DNA of 23,956 bases from Craspedostauros australis (Eukaryota). Positions within the stretch are counted from its first letter, which is position 1, and each line of letters opens with the position of its first letter. The notes beneath the pieces are model-generated. The model made no database searches. It saw only the letters and a program-made list of their open reading frames with translations, and had not been told where the DNA came from. Positions 1 to 9,488 of this stretch are shown one piece after another. Location: positions 62,001 through 85,956 of the forward strand of contig JALAGF010000963.1 in the NCBI GenBank assembly GCA_030167865.1. The letters are read 5' to 3'. Both the position numbers and the translations under genes were made by a program.

Positions 1-660
1 TGCCGCGCATGTGCGATAGCTCTCCAGAGCGAGAAGTGGAGTCCGAATCATCAAATCTCTATTGCATTATGTAATATTCTATATTGCTATGGACCATTGC
101 AGTATGTGCGAGGTGCTGCATTGACGCACCAACTTGCGAGACTGACAAGTTTTCGTGATGCTCCATTCTCTCTGGACCGACAGAGGAAGAAAGACTTGGA
201 GGCAGGCCGTGGGCGATAGACCGCTTGTCGGAAGAGGTATTAGGCGAGAGCAGAGTGGAGTAGAGATGTTGACCATGTGTAGCCTCCAGCAATCTGACGA
301 AACGAGCCATCAACGAAGTCTCCTCTTTCTCTAGAGCCTCGCTAGACCATACTGGGGCAAGAGCTAACAAAAATCGCGTTAAAGTTGGTGAAGAACTACG
401 CTAATTTGGGGGTCCAAATGGACAATCTGGATTGGCAAAAGAGCTCACTCTATTCCAACGGGCATCTTCTCTCTGTTTTTGAAGAACCGGCCACATCACG
501 CGATTGCGCGATCTGGGTCGGCTCCAATAACATGACACAAGCGCTACCCCAGCGGACTCCGCCACTACTCCTCGTGCATCTGATCACCAACAGCGCCATC
601 ACTGCTGCGAGCATCTCTTCCATCCTCAATCACACGCTCTCGACCACTTCGCATCTGACG

Positions 661-2946
661 ATGAAGGCTTCTTTCGAGAGGCGCTCTGGCCGACGGAAGC
701 AGCGACGTTGGTGGATGAAGTGGGTGATATTCATGGTCGCGATGGGAGCAGTGCGCGTTCTGATTACTTCCTACTCTGCTGCTCAGCAGGCCACCGAGCT
801 TGCCCAGTACTCTTCCGTGAGGTCCTCGGCGACAGCTGATGCAGAGTTGATCCAAACGAGAGACGATGCGAGAATACAACGACACGGCATTCGCGATCCA
901 AAGCAGCATGCAACGAAGACAGCCGATGTTCCAAGGATCTTCGGAAACACACCAGGCAAGGACTGGCCCAAGATCATCGATGATTTCGTCAAGCTGTACC
1001 GCCAATCCGCAGCACCATCGATCCACATTCACACGCAGTCGTGGAATCGGATCATTGCGACTGACATGGACGTGAGAACCGATGACGAGGTTGCGATGCA
1101 GCAGGAGGGCGATCGCATGTTCGAACGGTTTCCGTACCTGCATCAGCTCAGCGACTACGCCGAGATGATGGCGAGGAACGTGACGAAAAGAGATCTGCCG
1201 ATGGAGCCGGTGATATGGGATAAGGAGGAGTCCATCAACAGGTACTTCCAAATCATCAATGAGAGGTGCTCACGATCCATCCATGCAGTCAAGGATTCCA
1301 ATTTCATGCACCAATGTTGGGGAACGATCATAGAACTCATCGAAGGACCTCGTTGCACGGTGCGACTGGATTCGCGTTACGTTTGCAATGGTCCGCCGGA
1401 TGGAAAGCGGTCCGAGAAGATCCCACTGGATATCGCCGACGACTGGGTTGGCACCAACGAAGCTGAATCAACGGCGCCTCCGGCAGAGCCGGTCCGACAG
1501 TACACGGTGGAACAAGTGATTCAGCAGCATTTTACAGATGACACATTGAACATTGTCATCATCGGCGCTGGGCCAGTCGGATTGCAGCTCGCAAACATCC
1601 TCAACCATCTCAAGACGAGAGATTCCATTCGCATCCTCATGTTCGAGAAGCGAGTCGATCACCCGGGTCGCAAGAAGGAGTACTCGAGAGACTGGTGCAC
1701 GCACATATCGTTCGATGCATTCCGAAGGGGCGATCCACGCGTTGTCGAATTCTTTGATCAGATCATCGTTCGAGATGACGAGAAGCCGCGCAAGAACAAC
1801 GCGACGAAGGTCCGCAACTATGACGAAGAGTTCGACATCTTTCATGACTCGGCGCGCCGCAAGGTGAACCTCCCGCTCATGATGATTGAGACGCTGTTGC
1901 TCATTTCGAACCGCAATTTGGGTGTCAAGTTCATCTACGAGAACATCAAGACGCACCGGCATCTTCTCGGGCAGGTCCCCAACCTCGTCGTCTTTGATGC
2001 GTCAGGCCATCGACTCGAGAAGATGGAGAGAACCGGAAAGACGGCCGCGTCGTCCACCTCTTCATTCTTCGATCGCATGCCAAGTTTCAGCAGCGAGAGC
2101 CAGTCGGTCACCGTGTCGGATTGGTCACCGGACCTGAGCGTCGTCGACAAAGCTCAGCGTTACCCGTGGTTTTTCATGGAGAAGAAAGATTATCCAGTCC
2201 TCAGAGATCGCAACTTCCTGGCGAAGGTCGCCACTCAGACGACGGCGCAAGGCACCATCATGTATCCCGTCACCCCGCAAGGCCATTCCTTCCGACTGCG
2301 CACGATGGAATTCGTCAATTTCAGATATTCGAGACGCGTTCGCGGTATGTTCGATGGGTGGCAGAATCACATGAGGGACGTCATGCAGTCCGACCACCCT
2401 CTCTGTGGTGAAGATGTTTGCGGCATCGTTGAAGATTTCCTCTGCGATGATTACTGCGCACTCGCCTTTGGATGGGACTCTTCCATCGGGTACCGTCCCG
2501 ACATTTTCGAGGCAATAAAGACCACCTGGCCATACGTCTCGACCATGAGTGCGATGATCGCGCTGACTGCCGATCAGTTTGACCTCATGGCCTACATCTA
2601 CCACGAGCTGAACAGCAAGGCCGAACCCGTCCGGGGCCTCCCATTAACATTCATGGTGACCAAGGAGGCATTCAAGAAGAACAACATGGCCTACACGGTG
2701 GTGTTCTTTGCCAGCCATTCCGGGATGACGCACCCAGTGTCATCTCTATACACATTCACGCCGTACATCTACAACGACGTCGTTGTTCCAATGTCTGCAA
2801 CGACAGACGGAAGGATCGGGGGCGCGCCGTTGCTTCGGGTGGGGGACTCGCTGTCCTCGGGCAATTCCAACCTCGGTTCCGGTCTGAGCCAGCATCTGGG
2901 CATCATGGAGACTTTTGGGAGAAAATTGAAGGACTTTGAGATTTGA
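661..2946 (+). CDS. Signal-anchored (type II membrane-like) FAD-dependent monooxygenase/oxidoreductase, PHBH/MICAL-like fold, ~761 aa, intronless
   Basis: The long ORF (track 385..2946) carries all three flavoprotein-monooxygenase fingerprints in the right order: Rossmann NIVIIGAGPVG...ILMFEKR (~1549-1653), VVFDASG (~1987-2007) and LLRVGDS..SGNSNLGSGLS (~2830-2889). The ATG at 661 is preferred as start because it gives a basic tail (RRSGRRKQRR) followed by a hydrophobic segment (WWMKWVIFMVAMGAVRVLITSYSAA). The track start at 385 is a TTG. Confidence 0.8.
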   Translation: MKASFERRSGRRKQRRWWMKWVIFMVAMGAVRVLITSYSAAQQATELAQYSSVRSSATADAELIQTRDDARIQRHGIRDPKQHATKTADVPRIFGNTPGKDWPKIIDDFVKLYRQSAAPSIHIHTQSWNRIIATDMDVRTDDEVAMQQEGDRMFERFPYLHQLSDYAEMMARNVTKRDLPMEPVIWDKEESINRYFQIINERCSRSIHAVKDSNFMHQCWGTIIELIEGPRCTVRLDSRYVCNGPPDGKRSEKIPLDIADDWVGTNEAESTAPPAEPVRQYTVEQVIQQHFTDDTLNIVIIGAGPVGLQLANILNHLKTRDSIRILMFEKRVDHPGRKKEYSRDWCTHISFDAFRRGDPRVVEFFDQIIVRDDEKPRKNNATKVRNYDEEFDIFHDSARRKVNLPLMMIETLLLISNRNLGVKFIYENIKTHRHLLGQVPNLVVFDASGHRLEKMERTGKTAASSTSSFFDRMPSFSSESQSVTVSDWSPDLSVVDKAQRYPWFFMEKKDYPVLRDRNFLAKVATQTTAQGTIMYPVTPQGHSFRLRTMEFVNFRYSRRVRGMFDGWQNHMRDVMQSDHPLCGEDVCGIVEDFLCDDYCALAFGWDSSIGYRPDIFEAIKTTWPYVSTMSAMIALTADQFDLMAYIYHELNSKAEPVRGLPLTFMVTKEAFKKNNMAYTVVFFASHSGMTHPVSSLYTFTPYIYNDVVVPMSATTDGRIGGAPLLRVGDSLSSGNSNLGSGLSQHLGIMETFGRKLKDFEI

Positions 2947-3196
2947 GAGCGACCAGGCAACCGTTGACTTCGAGGAATTGCGTCGGGGTTATCTTGGTCA
3001 AAAGGGATCAAATTGAATTACAGAGTGAGAGAGCATTGTGTATGGTCAATGCGAGAATATAGCAATACATAATATTATATAATGTATAGAACGACACGGA
3101 GCTGCTTGCAATCATTCGAAGAAGCGCAGAGCAATCGCAGAACAGATTGCTCTTCTCATTGAATACGCATTCCTCGGTGGGATTTGCAAAACCAGT

Positions 3197-3200
3197 AAAA
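3197..3200 (-). terminator. RNA polymerase III terminator (T4) of tRNA-Pro copy 1
   Basis: TTTT on the minus strand, 3 nt downstream of the discriminator base. Confidence 0.6.
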
Positions 3201-3203
3201 TAG

Positions 3204-3275
3204 GGTCCCCTCCGGGAATCGAACCCGGGACCTTCTGCACCCAAAGCAGAAATCATACCTCTAGACCAAGGAGAC
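3204..3275 (-). tRNA. trnP-UGG: tRNA-Pro(TGG), copy 1
   Basis: Minus strand reads GTCTCCTTGGTCTAGAGGTATGATTTCTGCTTTGGGTGCAGAAGGTCCCGGGTTCGATTCCCGGAGGGGACC. It has acceptor stem GTCTCCT/AGGGGAC, anticodon arm TCTGC-TTTGGGT-GCAGA, T arm CCGGG-TTCGATT-CCCGG, a C73 discriminator and no encoded CCA. The D-arm is that of eukaryotic tRNA-Pro. Confidence 0.97.
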
Positions 3276-3306
3276 AGTCCGTTGTTTCTGTGGGGAAGAA
3301 ATGGTG

Positions 3307-3313
3307 TTTTATA
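3307..3313 (-). promoter_or_regulatory. Upstream TATA-like element of tRNA-Pro copy 1
   Basis: TATAAAA at -38..-32 relative to the mature tRNA 5' end; an equivalent element lies upstream of copy 2. Confidence 0.5.
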
Positions 3314-4046
3314 ATATGTTTTGTTTGTTGAAGGTATGAATTGAGATCAATGCCAGCTTATCTCTTGTTTGTCAGGAAGGAAATGCGTCGCCTCGCCATC
3401 CGATGTCATGGATATCACCAACGCCAATGGTGGCGGATGGAATAGGTTAGTTGTACGATGATCTCGCATCTCTGCATTTCATAATCGTATGCGAGGTCTG
3501 CCCAATTGCCATGAGGACGATGACAGGAACTCGAAGTTGATCGCCAAGCTCGTGAGGCGACTGCGTCGCAAGGCAGACTTCGTGTCCTTTCGATGGGAAC
3601 AGCGCGATCTGCGACCAGGCGTGCGTCCAGTGTAGCACGATCGTCCGAGAGGGTGATTGGGTTTCAATTCAACAAGAACAAGCGCCAACGCGCCCAACAG
3701 AACGGCTGAGTGACTCGCAGCAACTGCACACCCCAGTTGCCATGGGGTCGCCAGGTCCAGCGGGGAATCTCCACCATCACGACACAGCGCCTTCACCAAA
3801 TGAAATCACGCAGCGTCGCCGAAGGAGTCGCCCATTCCTCTTCCAAAGCTGCGTTTTCACATTCTTCGCTCCTGAGACGGATACCCAAACCACGTGCCAG
3901 ATCCCAGTCTCTCTGGTACTTCCGACTCGATCGTCTGCTTTTGTGAGCAGAGCGTTGGTGAAGAGGTGTGAGCGGGACTATCTATCGAGCAGCCACCACG
4001 CATTTTGTGACTTGCTGAGCTTGTAGGTAAAAGTGTGAAGATTGGC

Positions 4047-4050
4047 AAAA
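4047..4050 (-). terminator. RNA polymerase III terminator (T4) of tRNA-Pro copy 2
   Basis: TTTT on the minus strand, 3 nt downstream of the discriminator base, the same spacing as copy 1. Confidence 0.6.
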
Positions 4051-4053
4051 GGG

Positions 4054-4125
4054 GGTCCCCTCCGGGAATCGAACCCGGGACCTTCTGCACCCAAAGCAGA
4101 AATCATACCTCTAGACCAAGGAGAC
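4054..4125 (-). tRNA. trnP-UGG: tRNA-Pro(TGG), copy 2
   Basis: The 72-nt sequence is identical to 3204..3275, with a full cloverleaf and TGG anticodon. Confidence 0.97.
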
Positions 4126-4158
4126 TAGTTCGTGTTGTCGTATCCATGACTCGAATTG

Positions 4159-4164
4159 TTTATA
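4159..4164 (-). promoter_or_regulatory. Upstream TATA-like element of tRNA-Pro copy 2
   Basis: TATAAA at -39..-34 relative to the mature tRNA 5' end. Confidence 0.5.
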
Positions 4165-4519
4165 CTCACTATTTACTTGAAACACGATTTGTCCGTCCAC
4201 GTTGTTGTGTGGTGCTGTTTCGGAAAAAGAAAGAAGTGCGCCGCAAACGCCAGTACCTATCTTCCCAGACGATAACTTGCTCGGCAGCTCGCAAACGAAG
4301 TAAGCACCGAACCATACATACTCAACGCGAATGGACATGTTGCGATCACCAGAGGCCAAAATGGTTCTGTGGTATGGTATGGTATTCTATACTATATCGA
4401 TTTTTGTTCGGATTGAAGGTATGAAGGCACACCTCTTCATTGGCAGAAGGCAGTGCCGCATGTAGTTTGAATTATTGTTGTTGCTGTTGGCATAACAGAG
4501 CGCGCAAGCGGTTGCCTGC

Positions 4520-6815
4520 TCATGCCTCTTCCATGCCCTCCTCCACGTATTTGAGGATATTGCGCATGAAACGATCAACGACGCGTGTCTGTGTGTGTGT
4601 TGTTTTAGTCAAGAAGGAAGTGAAACAGAGCCGAGCCGAGTTGAGGAAGGGCGAATTGGTGAGAATGATGAGAATCTGATTCTCAGTCTCTGCAATGTGT
4701 TGCGAAAATGAGCTTGTAGCCAATACCGTACTCCACACACTGCACACACACGGTCAACACGATCAACACTACCACCACGACGTACCGTGTTGACGACCTC
4801 GGTTCGGTCCATCGCAGCCACTGGCTTCTCCGACAGCTCTGACAGGGTTTCCGTGAATCGCTCCAACATTTCCTGGTGATATTCGAATCGTTCCTTCTGC
4901 ATGCTGGGCGATGCGCCAAAGTAGTAGGCGTAGACGTACGTGTACTTGAGCACGTGGCGGCATTCCACAAGCTGTTCGTTGGCCGCTTTCAAGAATTCCA
5001 CGTCGGCCCACTTGGAGTTGCTGGACGATTCCTGGAGGATGACCATCCTGGCCTCCGTCTCCTGGAGCTGCTTGCGCGCAAATTTCTCGGCTTCGTCATG
5101 TGCATGATAGCGCTTGTAGTAGTGCAGGTACCGATCGAGCTCTCGCTTGGCGCGCGCTGCTTCCGACTGATCCTCGACGCCGCCGCCGGTCTTGGAATCG
5201 AACTTGTTGCATTTGTAGTAGCCGCCGGTGTTGGCACCGTGGTTGTTCCAGTCGCCCATGCAGATCCAGCAGAACTCGTGCTTGCAGCGTCCGCAGGTCA
5301 TGTGGTTGCAGCCCTGATTCTTCTCGATTCTGGAAACGCACTTGGGGCATGATTTGGTATTGGCGAGGATCCAGTTGGCGGTCTCGGATTCGTTGCGGCA
5401 TTTGTCCTTCCACCGCGTGACGTCCTTGCATGCGCATGGTGCGTGCGGCTCCTCTCCGCAAACAACGCAGAAGGCGGTCGTGCAGGAGTGGCACTGGGTG
5501 GTCCGATCCTGGATGGTCTCCAAGCAGGCTTGCGACGAGGCGCAGGCAACGAATTCGCATCCCTTTCCAGGGCACCACCGGGTGAGTCTGTTGGATTCGA
5601 CGAAGGATCGCAGCTGGTAGGTGGAGTACTTTTGCAGGAGCTTGTCGGTCCTGGCTTGCGTCGAGGGCGTTGCTCCCGACTTGAGGCTTGCCTCCATCTC
5701 GACCTCCGTCACCAGCTCGTTGCACGAGGCCTGCGGACAGGTGGTGGTTTCCACGCACGCTGGTCCCTCGTTGATGGCATTGGCGCAAAAATCCTTCCAG
5801 CACAGGAGACAGAATGTGTGGCCGCACGGCATGGTCAGCGATGATTCGGTCGTCATGTCATCGTAGCAGATTCCGCATGAGCCGAGGGAGCTGCCTGGTT
5901 TGGGTTGTGGCTTTGGGCTGCATCGGTTGTGCACGCCGCATTCCTTGAGGAGTTTGTCGGATGAGTAGAAGACTTCCAGCAGCGCCTCCTTGGACCATTT
6001 GTGTTTCCGCAGAAGGACCATGGCCGCGGCTGATGGGATGTCCAGAACCTCCATGACGTCCTTCAACCGCCGGCGCATCTCTGGCACCAACTCCTCCGAT
6101 GGCAACATGCGGATGCCTGACTTTTGGGCTGTTGTTTAATCGGTTGATCGGTTGATTGTTTCAATGCGGTGTGCATCAGTGTGTATGGTCGTACAGTATG
6201 TAGGGTATGCAGTGATGATGGAGTGAGCAGGTCGCACATGTGAGATACGATGCAAAAATGTGGCGAAGTAATCGCAACACGGAGAACATGGAAGAGGAAT
6301 GGATGCGGAATTGGAATGTGAGCGACGAGCTGTGATACGAAGTATGCTTGACCATGGACAAAGGTATATGCACAACGTGTGGTCTTGTGTTGGCTGATCA
6401 CATGGATTGCAACACTGGCGCACAAAGCAAAGCAACTCAATTGAACGCAGACAGATGGAGAACTGCGTACGCAGCTTCGCCGATCAATGAGTGCGACCAT
6501 GACCACAGAGCAGGGAATAGCTCTGCTTTCTCTAGTTGCTCTGCATGCTATCCTCCACAAGCATTCCACAAGCATACATTGATACGCACCTCCTGAAACG
6601 GGCGGCGCGTTTGGGTTGCCGCCGCTGTTCGTCGCGCTCCAATCCATGTCTGGGGAGGAGAGGTAGCTGGCCGCCTTGCTGGAGCGATGGTTGCTGGAGT
6701 TCCCCATGACGACATCATCGTCGTCTGTGTACTCGTAGTCATTGTCTTCGTCATCCGAGTATTCGTACTCGTACTCTTCTTCGTCATCAGACGCCATTGC
6801 AGCGGATCCGGACAT
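4520..6815 (-). CDS. ARI: Ariadne-family RBR E3 ubiquitin ligase (ARIH1/ARI-like); 3 exons: 6815-6590, 6128-4786, 4588-4520; ~545 aa
   Basis: Domains in order: acidic N-terminus (DDEEEYEYEYSDDEDND), UBA-like region (AAAMVLLRKHKWSKEALLEVFY), RING1 (CGIC...CGHTFCLLCW...CPQASC), IBR (WCPGKGC...CHSC..AFCVVCGEEPHAPC), RING2 with catalytic GCNH (CPKC...IEKNQGCNHMTCGRCKHEFCWIC) and Ariadne domain (ELDRYLHYYKRYHAH...). Splice phases are consistent: 226+1343+69=1638 nt. The spliced C-terminus EVVNT|TRVVDRFMRNILKYVEEGMEEA fits the terminal Ariadne helix. Confidence 0.93.
4589..4785 (-). other. Intron 2 of the Ariadne gene (197 nt, phase 0)
   Basis: Donor ACG|GTACGT and acceptor ACACACACAG|ACA; splicing restores the family-like C-terminus. 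Confidence 0.85.
6129..6589 (-). other. Intron 1 of the Ariadne gene (~461 nt, phase 1)
   Basis: Donor GAG|GTGCGT and acceptor AACAACAG|CC. An in-frame TAA lies just upstream of the acceptor in the exon-2 frame. An alternative same-phase acceptor TCAG|GC lies 12 nt downstream. Confidence 0.7.
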
Positions 6816-8074
6816 GTTGTTATTGTGGTTGCTGTCGTTTGTGTCTGTCGTTTGCGGCTTGTCGCTTGGAGGGAGTCAGGCCTGGCAACCGTCGATCGTG
6901 TTTGCGTTTGTGTTGGTTTCTGCGAAGTGTCGTGAGCGGCTGTGGTTGTGTCGTGCTTTTTGGGGTTTTGTGCTCGGAATTGTGTTTCGCGAAATGGGAT
7001 CCTCTGGTCTTGCCTGTTTGTGTGTGCGTGTGTGTGCGAGTCACAGCGATTGACGGCGATCTTCTGCTTGATTGATTGCGGATGCTTCTTTCTTTCTCTG
7101 TCTCTCTGTTGGCACTGTTGCGGTTGTTGCAGTTGTTGCTGATGATAATGATGATGATAGTTCACCTCTTCCTTGCTTCCTTTGGCTCTTGTCTTCCCTT
7201 TCTTTGGTTTCTTTGGGTTGCTTCGCTTCACTTTGGTTCTGAGCGGATTGTGGTTTTGTTGTGATGGTTGTGTGCGATGTGTTTCTCCTCCGTCCAGAGA
7301 CAACAAGATGGCGACCCTCTCTATCTCCTTCCCTCCGCCTTGGCTTGATGTCCCGCGTCTGGCGACTTCGGGTTTGCCTCGTGTGTTCGTTCGCCCGTGT
7401 AATCTCCAACCGTTTTTTCCTTGTTTGTTTCTCTGTCGAGTGTTTCGGACACGACCGCAGACACGTCTTGACGCCACCGAACTTCGTTCCGTATCGGCAG
7501 TCTCCCAAGTTCACAGACAAGCGTACAGCACGAGGGATGTCATTGGATGGATGAATGTTCTTGATGACGTCATGATTTGTCGCATTCAACTGCATCAGGT
7601 TCTGGTTGTCGTTGGTGACGTCATCAACGTCAATCTACGAATCAAAGATAGATCATATCAAGAAGAGAACAGATGCGCGAGTTTGGCGTACGAGCTACAT
7701 GTGCCATTGGTGGTCGATCGTACTCCGCGGAGCATTGTTCCACGCAAGTGGAGCGTGTTCATGCGCGTACATACGTGTAGGGGTACCATAGATTGTACAT
7801 ACCAATGCAGACTCTCCCCCCAGATCGTTCCTCATCAAACCACTACCACTGGAGAGCACATACAAAATACGACCACCTGTGGGAAATACAAATAGAGGAC
7901 TCTTTTCTACTCTCTGCTCTCTCATTTACTCGGACGGAATCGATTGAGTCTGTCTCGTCTTGCATTCTTCTAAGTAAATACATGAGGTTGCGTCTATTGG
8001 AGTATTGGAATGTCCCCTCCCAATGTCGTCTCCTGCTCCTGGTTGCTTTCAGTCCAAACCAACAGGACCCAAGG

Positions 8075-9109
8075 CTACGCGCAAGGAGCCGTGCATGGCT
8101 TGTGCTCCCAAAGCAGTTCGCTGATGTTGCACCAGAACAGTTCATGGACGTTGTCGCATCGGTCACAAACGACGTGCTCAGCTTGTATTGACGACGAGGC
8201 CGATGGCACACCAGTGTTCAATTTCTCGAAGTGAAGGACCGCGATGAACAGCTTCTCCAGGCAACAATGTGCCTCGTTCCGTCGGCCCAGCATTAGATTT
8301 ATATCCATGAGATTGTTGAGTGAGGATGTGATCAGGGGCGTTGCGTTCGGATGGGATGGACCAGGTCCGCTCAAGGTTTGCCATTCTGGCTGGCAGTCGC
8401 CCCGCGATGGTGTTGCCACGGAAAGCGCCAACGCGCCACGATACAGATCGATCGACTGTTGCAGCAGTTGGATGCAAACCGGATTGGGGTCCACGTCTTG
8501 TTCGGCCTCGTACAAATCTGTGCCAGGCGCATCCCAGCTCTCCTCTTGCGCCCCTTTCGTCGTCTGCTTGGATGTACACTGCTGTGCAGCGTAATCGTGA
8601 AGTATCTGCGCGGCTTGTACGTGGTGCAGTAGTGCGATGTTGAACATTATGATCTGAAACAAGGTCTTCAGAAACACCATCTCTTCCCACGGCGACCATG
8701 CCGTGAGGCTTGCGCTGTACGAAGGATGAATCGTGAAGATGTTCACGCATAGCCGTCGTGGCCGCAGATCATGGTTTGGCAGGTACGTGCAATGCAGCGC
8801 GTCCATCACGTCCTGACCGGAGGGGCATGCGTTCTGATCGGCCGATGGCGTTGGACTGTAAGCGCGGGTGCGCCGCTGTGGTGAGTTCGCCAGCTCGTCC
8901 AGGAGATCTCCGATCGTTGCCAACGTGGAATGGTACGTGGCGTGCGCACCCATGAGATCGCCGTCGCTGAGCTGCTGACCACCGTCGTTGATGTGCTTGA
9001 TCAGGGACGCTGGGTTCATCATGCTGATGTTGAGCCTGATTTCTGCTGCTTCTATCGATGTTGGTGTTGGTGTTGGTGCTGGTGTTGCTCTTCGTCCACT
9101 ATGCAGCAT
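8075..9109 (-). CDS. TPR-like helical-repeat hypothetical protein, paralog A (344 aa; start may be at MMNP ~9022)
   Basis: The ORF has TPR-like helices (INDGGQQLSDGDLMGAHATYHSTL; IIMFNIALLHHVQA; LLQQSIDLYRGALAL; SSLNNLMDINLMLGRRNEAHCCLEKL; LFWCNI...TAPCA*), which match the 12033..12908 protein block by block. I recall this pattern as a family expanded in diatoms. Confidence 0.8.
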   Translation of the reverse strand: MLHSGRRATPAPTPTPTSIEAAEIRLNISMMNPASLIKHINDGGQQLSDGDLMGAHATYHSTLATIGDLLDELANSPQRRTRAYSPTPSADQNACPSGQDVMDALHCTYLPNHDLRPRRLCVNIFTIHPSYSASLTAWSPWEEMVFLKTLFQIIMFNIALLHHVQAAQILHDYAAQQCTSKQTTKGAQEESWDAPGTDLYEAEQDVDPNPVCIQLLQQSIDLYRGALALSVATPSRGDCQPEWQTLSGPGPSHPNATPLITSSLNNLMDINLMLGRRNEAHCCLEKLFIAVLHFEKLNTGVPSASSSIQAEHVVCDRCDNVHELFWCNISELLWEHKPCTAPCA

Positions 9110-9144
9110 GCATGAAGTAGAGAGAAGTGTTGATGGCTTTACTT

Positions 9145-9153
9145 TTGTTGTTG

Positions 9154-9184
<31 letters not shown>

Positions 9185-9217
9185 TGTGTTCGTGATGGGA
9201 TGGGATGGGATGGGATG
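9145..9217 (+). repeat. Compound microsatellite (TTG)6(CTG)8 followed by (GATGG)4
   Basis: Read directly from the sequence; it lies in the predicted 5' leader of paralog A. Confidence 0.9.
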
Positions 9218-9432
9218 TACGAGAAGATGGTGGATACTGCCGCCCTCATCTTTGTTGCTGTGCTGTGTATGTACATGTGTGGTACATCTTCTACGTAAAG
9301 CACGACCTACACAATAGATACATGTTTGTGTGGTGAGGGCAGTTGGACGGCCTCGACTTGTGGAGAATCAGCTGCGCACGGGACTTCGTCGACTCGACCG
9401 CCTGTGTCATGGGACATGGTGTCAGATCGAGC

Positions 9433-9488
9433 AGAGTACGACTGATAGTAGAGTACGACTGAAAGTAGAGTACGACTGAGAGTAGAGT
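9433..9488 (+). repeat. 17-bp tandem minisatellite AGAGTACGACTGA[T/A/G]AGT, 3.3 copies
   Basis: Units at 9433-9449, 9450-9466, 9467-9483 and a partial unit at 9484-9488; only one position varies. Confidence 0.92.

Noticed and set aside
385..660. N-terminal 92-aa extension of the flavoprotein ORF
   Set aside because: It begins at a TTG and looks like promoter or leader sequence. The 661 ATG gives a coherent signal-anchor N-terminus, although upstream in-frame ATGs cannot be formally excluded.
4035..4424. ORFs overlapping the tRNA genes (also 3008..3256 and 3857..4090)
   Set aside because: They are translations of tRNA sequence and flanks, with no protein features.
6129..6589. Intronic C/D-box snoRNA in the long ARI intron
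   Set aside because: I found no sense-strand C box (RTGATGA) paired with a terminal D box and stem.
6548..7895. 309-aa minus ORF (6548..7477) and 240-aa plus ORF (7173..7895) upstream of ARI
   Set aside because: Both have non-ATG starts and low-complexity translations of A/C-rich leader and microsatellite sequence that lacks stops by composition.
9433..9488. CRISPR-like array
   Set aside because: The units are contiguous with no spacers, there are no cas genes, and the context is eukaryotic.
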